32,000 bases of DNA. It comes from an archaeon. Lineage in GTDB: Archaea; Asgardarchaeota; Thorarchaeia; Thorarchaeales; Thorarchaeaceae. Made by a program: the position numbers and the translations under genes. The notes beneath the pieces are model-generated. The model saw nothing but the letters and a program-made list of their open reading frames with translations. It did no database searches and was not told the DNA's origin. Location: assembly GCA_024275415.1 (NCBI GenBank), contig JAJRZD010000043.1:90001-122000 (forward strand). Reading direction: 5' to 3'. Positions 26,239 through 32,000 of this stretch are shown here, in pieces (position 1 is the stretch's first letter; every line of letters begins with the position of its first letter).

Positions 26239-27591
26239 ATGGAGAAAGTGATATCATATCTGGATGGGAATCTTGAACAATCACTTGATGAACTGAAGGA
26301 GATCTTGAGGATTCCCTCAGTCGCGGCGAAAGGGGAACATATGGACGAGGCAGCCGAGTGGTTCGCGAAGCATCTCGAGGCAATCAAGATGGAGGTCACA
26401 TTACACAAAACATCAGGACAACCAGTCGTTACGGGGTACCTAGACAACGGTGCAGACAAGACACTGATGTTCTATGATCATTATGACGTACAGCCAGCAG
26501 AACCCTTTGACCTATGGGATTCTCCGCCTTTCGAACCAGCTATCCGAGATGGCCGCCTGTACGGACGTGGGGTCGCCGATAACAAGGGTGATGCAGTGTC
26601 GAGGATTTGGGCGATAAAGGCATTCCAAGACACCTCGACAGACATCCCTGTCAATATCAAGTTCATCATCGAGGGCGAAGAAGAGGTCGGGAGTCCGACG
26701 TTGCCTGAGTTCGTGAAAAAAAACTCAGACTTCCTGAAGGCTGACGGTGGGATCTGGGAATTCGGTGGTGCTGGCATCGATGGAAGGCAAGAGGCATGGT
26801 TGGGTCTCAAGGGACTGCTCTACGTGCAACTAGAGGTAGAGCGATTGCAGATGGACGCTCATTCCGGTTACGCTTGCATCCTTCCCTCAGCACCGTACAG
26901 GTTGGTGTGGGCACTCAGCTCGTTGAAAGATGTCAACGGGAGAATCTTGATTGATGGGTTCTATGACGACCTGAAGGGTCTCACCGAAACCGAAAAAGAT
27001 GTCATCGCCAAGATAGACCTTCACGAGGACATGACCTGCGACCATTATGGTATCACGCAATTCGTGAACGGTCTTGCTGGAGATGGACTGAAGGAGGCAT
27101 TCTATAACGCCCCGACATGCAACATCGCAGGGCTTGGCTCAGGCTGGCAAGGGACAGGTTCGAAGACCGTACTCCCAGCGAAGGCGATGGCAAAGCTGGA
27201 TTTCAGGTTGGTCGAGAATATGCATCCGGAAGACATCCGGGAGAAGCTACGGGCTCATCTAGATAGACATGGTTTCACAGATGTCACGATTGCATGGCAT
27301 GACGGGTACCCGCCAGCCAAGACACCTACCGACCATCCCTTTGTCAGTTTCGTCAATGACGCCAACCAGAAGGTGTTCGGTCACAATCTGACCATTCATG
27401 TAACGAGTCCTGGTTCGGGGCCCCTTTATCTGTTCAAGGATCATGTACCGATGGTGTCGATTGGAGTAGGTGACTACGACTCACGCGCCCACTCGCCCAA
27501 TGAGAGTATCCTCATCGAGAACTACAGGCTGGGGATGCACAGGATCGCAGTCCTAATTGACATGATGGGTGCTTGGCAAGCGGATGCATAG
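26239..27591 (+). CDS. M20-family metallopeptidase (ArgE/DapE/dipeptidase-like)
   Basis: YDHYDVQP, GRGVADNKG, EGEEEVGS, DAHSG and AHSPNE. AGGAG precedes the ATG at 26239 (track start 26119). Confidence 0.93.
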   Translation: MEKVISYLDGNLEQSLDELKEILRIPSVAAKGEHMDEAAEWFAKHLEAIKMEVTLHKTSGQPVVTGYLDNGADKTLMFYDHYDVQPAEPFDLWDSPPFEPAIRDGRLYGRGVADNKGDAVSRIWAIKAFQDTSTDIPVNIKFIIEGEEEVGSPTLPEFVKKNSDFLKADGGIWEFGGAGIDGRQEAWLGLKGLLYVQLEVERLQMDAHSGYACILPSAPYRLVWALSSLKDVNGRILIDGFYDDLKGLTETEKDVIAKIDLHEDMTCDHYGITQFVNGLAGDGLKEAFYNAPTCNIAGLGSGWQGTGSKTVLPAKAMAKLDFRLVENMHPEDIREKLRAHLDRHGFTDVTIAWHDGYPPAKTPTDHPFVSFVNDANQKVFGHNLTIHVTSPGSGPLYLFKDHVPMVSIGVGDYDSRAHSPNESILIENYRLGMHRIAVLIDMMGAWQADA

Positions 27592-27594
27592 CCC

Positions 27595-29181
27595 TTATGG
27601 CAGGGGTGGTTGTATCCTGATACCCTTCTCCCATTCCACTTCAAAGTCATAGGTGATGCTCATCTTCTGCTCTGGTTCGATGCTCACGACCCATTCCATC
27701 ACGCCGAGTTCGTTCTTCATCGGACTGGGAACGACATCCCCTAGTTCCACCTGTATTCTCTCCGAAGTGCTATGCGGAATCCTATCCACCACGCGTATCG
27801 TGACAGGGGACTTAGAGAAGCTCTCCAGTTCGAGCCTGTATCGGTACTCTCGTTTGGTCTTCCCCTTGGTAAGTCCTGCCTTGTCAGTGTCCTTTGACTC
27901 CAGTTTCTTCGTGGCTTTGATATCATAAGATGCCCTTGTGCCGATACGGAAGGTCTCACGAGGAGAAACGGTATCGATATACGACTCACCAATGAAGTCA
28001 CCTTCTGCATATACCTTTATAGATCCGGGTAGGATGAGTGAGTCACCATTGGTTATTTCGTCCTGGGCCACGACCTCTGCCATCGCATATGCATTCCAGT
28101 AATGTATCTTCTTTGAGAGGAACGTTTCTTCGATAAGAGTCACTGGGTGGGGGTCGTCACCCGATGTTATAGTGACCTTCCCAGGGACTTCATATATCAC
28201 GATTCCACTCGCTGATTCTGATACATCCGCATAAGCTTCAGTCATGTCGTCCATCGGGGCAGATTCTTCTGCAATATACTCGTCGAATGATTCCTCACGC
28301 TCTAGGGCTCTTGTCCTGTCTTCCTTGTACAACCTACCTCCCGTCCTCGTTGTGGATGCCGTTTCTAGATAGGATACATCCACATAGTAAGGGGATGCTT
28401 TGATAGCTTGTACAGGTCTTGCCGAGGCAGTCGATACGGTGAGACTGACATCAGACCAATTTTCTAGAGAAGTATTGCTGACCAAGGCGATGCGCCTTAA
28501 CGATGCCTCGTTCTCTCCAAGATCGACATCGTAGGTCGGAGTCCAGCCAGCATATGAAACCTGATAAGAAACCTCCAGTTCCACTTCGGTTTCTTCTTTT
28601 GCCTCCATGACAATGAGCACTTCCCTAAGACTCTCAGTGCGTCGCTCACCTTGGATTCGTTCGATATTGTTTCGAAGTGCAGTGATCTTGGCTTCGACTT
28701 CTTCCTGTTCATCTTGCAGGATTCGAATCTTCTTCTTTGCATCAACAAGATGTTTTAGTGATGTGCGGTCCATCAGTTCAAGCTGTTTGAATGAGGATTC
28801 TCCTGTAGCAATCCATTTTCCAAATGAGCTGGCAAAGTCAGCAGCGATATTGTCGAGCAGCTCGATCCGCTTCTGCTGTAATTGGATTCTTGTTTCAATC
28901 CTTGCTTGTTGCATCTCAAGGGATCTTAGTTCCTTTCGGAGTCCTTCGAGGGGCTCATCAGGGACGTATAATCTCGTGATATTCCTGATATCAATCCCTC
29001 GAAGCAGTGCGTTTCCTTTTCCTTTGACACGGAAAGAGTCCTCTTGTGCATGACCTGTAATGTCTCCCACCGCTATGGTTTGTTCACCAGGTTTCAGTCG
29101 TACCCGGCCACGCCGTGTTATTCTTGCACCGTCCCTGAACACAGTCACGGTTTCGATAGTTGTTTGAATATGTATTACCAT
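27595..29181 (-). CDS. DUF4140+DUF4139 protein (TIGR02231/MuiA-like), paralog B
   Basis: IETVTVFRDGARITR, DSFRVKG, long coiled coil, SYQVSYAGWTPTYD, VSNTSLENWSDVSLTVSTA, and C-terminal VVDRIPHS...GVMEW. Start 29181. Confidence 0.88.
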   Translation of the reverse strand: MVIHIQTTIETVTVFRDGARITRRGRVRLKPGEQTIAVGDITGHAQEDSFRVKGKGNALLRGIDIRNITRLYVPDEPLEGLRKELRSLEMQQARIETRIQLQQKRIELLDNIAADFASSFGKWIATGESSFKQLELMDRTSLKHLVDAKKKIRILQDEQEEVEAKITALRNNIERIQGERRTESLREVLIVMEAKEETEVELEVSYQVSYAGWTPTYDVDLGENEASLRRIALVSNTSLENWSDVSLTVSTASARPVQAIKASPYYVDVSYLETASTTRTGGRLYKEDRTRALEREESFDEYIAEESAPMDDMTEAYADVSESASGIVIYEVPGKVTITSGDDPHPVTLIEETFLSKKIHYWNAYAMAEVVAQDEITNGDSLILPGSIKVYAEGDFIGESYIDTVSPRETFRIGTRASYDIKATKKLESKDTDKAGLTKGKTKREYRYRLELESFSKSPVTIRVVDRIPHSTSERIQVELGDVVPSPMKNELGVMEWVVSIEPEQKMSITYDFEVEWEKGIRIQPPLP

Positions 29182-29194
29182 CCTTGTGACACTC

Positions 29195-30769
29195 CTATGG
29201 CAATGGTGGGACAATCGTTATGTCCTTCTCCCACGACACCTCATAATCATAGATTATCTCAAGCGTTTCCTTCGGCTCTACGGTCTTCTTCCAATGCATT
29301 ATCCCTAACTCGAACTTCTCAAGCCCTAGTTTTGCTTTGTCAAAGCGTACCTCAATGGCTGTGCTATTGCTATGGGGGATTCTATCAACAATCTCGATTT
29401 CGACGGGTTTCTTGGAGAAACTTTTGATCTCAATCTTGTATTTGTAGTACCGCCTGAGCTTGCCCCGTGTTAGTCCTGCCTTCTCTATCTCTTTTTTCAC
29501 AAGCTGCTTCTTTGCCTTGACATCATACGCGGTACGAGTACCCAACTTGAATCTCTCTCTGGGAGATGCCTGTTGGATCCACGTTTCGCCAATGTAATCC
29601 CCTTCAGCGTAGACCTTTGCTTTTCCGGGAAGAATCACATTGTCGCCGTTCGTGACCTCGTCCTGAGCCACTACTTCCGACATCCCGTCAGCGTACCAAT
29701 AGTGGATAGTCTTGGAATCCAACTCTTCCTCTGTCAGCGTAACAGGATGCGGCTCGTAGTCATAGGGGATTGTGACTGGCTTCGGCAACTCGTAGATTGC
29801 AATTCCTGATGCGGACTCTGATGCCTCAGCGAACACCTCCTCCATTTCGGCAGGTTCTGGAGGTGCTTGTGCAAGTGCAATCGGTGCTGGTGATGGGGGA
29901 GGCTGCGGCTTAGCAGATTTCTTCACCTTCATACGCATTGCCCGTCTTGCAACAGGAGGCGAATATTCTGATATGTAAAAAGGAACCCCTTCGATCGCCT
30001 CGACAGGTCTAGAGGTTGCCGTTGATACAGTAAGAAAAACGTCCTTCCATGGTTCAAGGGTTCGGTTCTCGACCAGAGCGACCCTACGAAACATTGTCTT
30101 TTCCGAAAGCAAATCCACATCGTACGATGGGTTCCATCCGGCACCTTGGCACTGGTAGGTGACATACAACTCAATCTCTGATTCCTGAGTGACATCCAAC
30201 GAGATGTCTACACTAAAAGTAACAACCGTTTTTCTCTCGGAATCAATCTGTCCTATATTCCTCCTCACAACTTCGATTTGGGTGGATACTTCCTCCGCTC
30301 CCTGATTGAGTTCCTGTAGTTTGTCGTAGGTTTCTTCCGCAAGCGAAGTAGCACGTGCATCCATAACCTCAAGTGCTTTGATTTCCACCTCTTGTGCTGC
30401 GAATGCTTGGCCAAAGAGTCCGCTGAACTCTGCAGTCATAGTATTGATGTGTTCGAGCCGGTGATTGTACACATCGATTTCATCATTGATCGCAGCAAGT
30501 TTCTTTTCCAGTGACCTGAGTTCCGCATACAAGTCCTCCGCATCATCATCAGGTTCGCATACCCTCTCCACCCTTCGTACATCGATGGTGGATAAAGAAG
30601 CTGGTCCCTTACCTTTGACACGAAAGCTGTCCTCTTGTGCAAGATTCGTGATGTCTGGGACAACTATCTTATGAGGTCCCGGACTAAGCTTGATTCTGCC
30701 GACTCTAGTCACTCGAGCTCCATCACGGAACACAGTAACCTTCTCAATTTTTGTTGATAAACTGGTCAA
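29195..30769 (-). CDS. DUF4140+DUF4139 protein (TIGR02231/MuiA-like), paralog A
   Basis: IEKVTVFRDGARVTR, DSFRVKG, coiled coil, TYQCQGAGWNPSYD, VENRTLEPWKDVFLTVSTA and IVDRIPHS...GIMHW. TTG start. Confidence 0.88.
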   Translation of the reverse strand: MTSLSTKIEKVTVFRDGARVTRVGRIKLSPGPHKIVVPDITNLAQEDSFRVKGKGPASLSTIDVRRVERVCEPDDDAEDLYAELRSLEKKLAAINDEIDVYNHRLEHINTMTAEFSGLFGQAFAAQEVEIKALEVMDARATSLAEETYDKLQELNQGAEEVSTQIEVVRRNIGQIDSERKTVVTFSVDISLDVTQESEIELYVTYQCQGAGWNPSYDVDLLSEKTMFRRVALVENRTLEPWKDVFLTVSTATSRPVEAIEGVPFYISEYSPPVARRAMRMKVKKSAKPQPPPSPAPIALAQAPPEPAEMEEVFAEASESASGIAIYELPKPVTIPYDYEPHPVTLTEEELDSKTIHYWYADGMSEVVAQDEVTNGDNVILPGKAKVYAEGDYIGETWIQQASPRERFKLGTRTAYDVKAKKQLVKKEIEKAGLTRGKLRRYYKYKIEIKSFSKKPVEIEIVDRIPHSNSTAIEVRFDKAKLGLEKFELGIMHWKKTVEPKETLEIIYDYEVSWEKDITIVPPLP

Positions 30770-30878
30770 GAGTGATCGCCCCAGATTAATCAGTCTTTGA
30801 ACGAGAACACTTAAGAAACTTGATACACTGTATTCGCTGTTATCGAAGCTCGCTACAGTTTTTCCTTATAACCACTGG

Positions 30879-32000
30879 CTATATCGCTAACAACACATCG
30901 TATTTTGCCACAAGTGCTTTCATCTGGTCGTGCAACTTTTGCTGGACCTGCGAGTCTAGAGAAGATTCTGTCTTCTCCTCAAGTATGGCGTTGACATGTT
31001 CCTGTGCACGTTCAAATGTCGAGGTTCTCCCCGTATCGTCTTGCGACTCCTTGTACTTTCTATCAATGACATCCGATGGCATGAGATGCTCCCCTCGGAG
31101 TTTCTTGGACGTGTGACGTTGCTTGAGGAAATCCCCAGTGTGACCGACCTTCTCCATCAGATTAGTTATGATGTCAAAGTCATCAAAGTCAATGCCTCGG
31201 GCCAATCTTAGAGCTGAGCCGCATATCTCGTTATCAATGACAAGTTTTTCCAACGACAGGCAATTGATGTATGCCAGTGTACCGGGTCCTGATATCACGT
31301 TGACTCTTGAAACCGCACCGATGACTAGTCCCACCGCTGATTCGAAGCCCAGTTGGGTGTCGATAGCTTTTGCATCGGATACTCCGAGATAGGCATGAGT
31401 AGGAATCCCGTAATGCTTACCCATTTCTGAGGCAGCACACGCTGTCATCACAGTTTCAATGGCACCATACGCAGGCGTAGCATACCTCATGTCCAAGGGA
31501 GCTGGAGCCCCACCATATACAACGGGAGAACCTGCGTTGGCAATCTGCGACATGACGATTCCGCTCAGGATTTCAGCGTTCACCTGTGCGATAGTGCCTG
31601 CGATGGTGATTGGACTGGTCGCACCCATCAACGGTGCTGGGACAATCTCTGCTGGTATCCCCATGTTGGCACAGTCAATCAAGTTCTGTGCAGAAGTATC
31701 TCCCCATGTCAATGGCGATGTGGGACAACAGTCGAAGATGGCACAGGGTTTTTCTGACAGATTGCCATTCCGGTCAAATACCTTAATGAGCTCGATCATG
31801 TCAGCGAGTCCTTCCTTTCGAAAAGCTCCTGTGATAATGGGTTTTGACGAATGCTTCAGGACTAGGTATAACCTATAGAAATCTGAGATCACATGCGGGA
31901 TGTCAGAAGGGATTATCGCTGTGCTTTGTGCCTCGATGTTTGCCAGTCTATCGGTGACGATGATGGCATCTTCAAGATCTTGAGATGTTGCCTTTCGCAT
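30879..32000 (-). CDS. mttB: Trimethylamine methyltransferase MttB-superfamily protein, non-pyrrolysine type; N-terminus lies beyond the window
   Basis: PTSPLTW, PAPLMGATSPITIAGTIAQVNAEILSGIV, DMRYATPAYGAIE, GVSDAKAID.Q.GFE, LEKLVIDNEI and GHTGDFL. The Pyl-equivalent position just before SDAK is a GTA (Val) codon. Confidence 0.9.
   Translation of the reverse strand: MRKATSQDLEDAIIVTDRLANIEAQSTAIIPSDIPHVISDFYRLYLVLKHSSKPIITGAFRKEGLADMIELIKVFDRNGNLSEKPCAIFDCCPTSPLTWGDTSAQNLIDCANMGIPAEIVPAPLMGATSPITIAGTIAQVNAEILSGIVMSQIANAGSPVVYGGAPAPLDMRYATPAYGAIETVMTACAASEMGKHYGIPTHAYLGVSDAKAIDTQLGFESAVGLVIGAVSRVNVISGPGTLAYINCLSLEKLVIDNEICGSALRLARGIDFDDFDIITNLMEKVGHTGDFLKQRHTSKKLRGEHLMPSDVIDRKYKESQDDTGRTSTFERAQEHVNAILEEKTESSLDSQVQQKLHDQMKALVAKYDVLLAI

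Noticed and set aside
31370-31400. Pyrrolysine codon in MttB
   Set aside because: The codon before SDAK is GTA (Val), and the frame is open with no TAG.
5893-31878. The many remaining 60-180 aa ORFs nested in or antisense to the long genes
   Set aside because: They overlap well-supported CDSs and lack motifs, as expected for shadow ORFs.
1-32000. Genome-wide UAG reassignment suggested by the amber codon in the citrate synthase-like gene
   Set aside because: TAG ends many genes at their natural C-termini (for example at 4175, 5879, 9401, 10731, 11892, 20880, 24820, 27591, 29195 and 30879).
1-32000. CRISPR arrays, tRNA/rRNA genes, transposases or integrases
   Set aside because: By eye I saw no regularly spaced repeats, cloverleaf or rRNA signatures, terminal inverted repeats, or recombinase motifs.

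Overview
Gene-dense archaeal chromosomal window. The Rab/Ras-like small GTPase, TATA/BRE promoters and GGAGG Shine-Dalgarno sites suggest an Asgard archaeon, possibly Thorarchaeia; this is inference. The theme is peptide/amide uptake and catabolism. In order: a 5'-partial penicillin acylase-family gene that the ORF track missed; two paralogous knotted-type (AOTCase/YgeW-like, not true ArgF) carbamoyltransferases flanking a small GTPase; two related membrane-protein genes; a divergent oppA / oppBCDF peptide ABC transporter with unusual insertions and two small trailing membrane ORFs; hypotheticals; a GNAT-like protein; two orphan OppD-like ATPases (one with degenerate motifs) around a DinB gene; an MFS transporter; a Zn-ribbon membrane protein; an amidohydrolase; a C45-like Ntn hydrolase; a divergent citrate synthase-like gene interrupted by an in-frame UAG at codon 27; a bacterial-type (class I) GAPDH; an M20 peptidase; two tandem DUF4140/DUF4139 genes; and a partial non-pyrrolysine MttB-family methyltransferase. 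Several bacterial-style hairpin plus T-tract terminators are present. I found no rRNA, tRNA, CRISPR array or mobile element.
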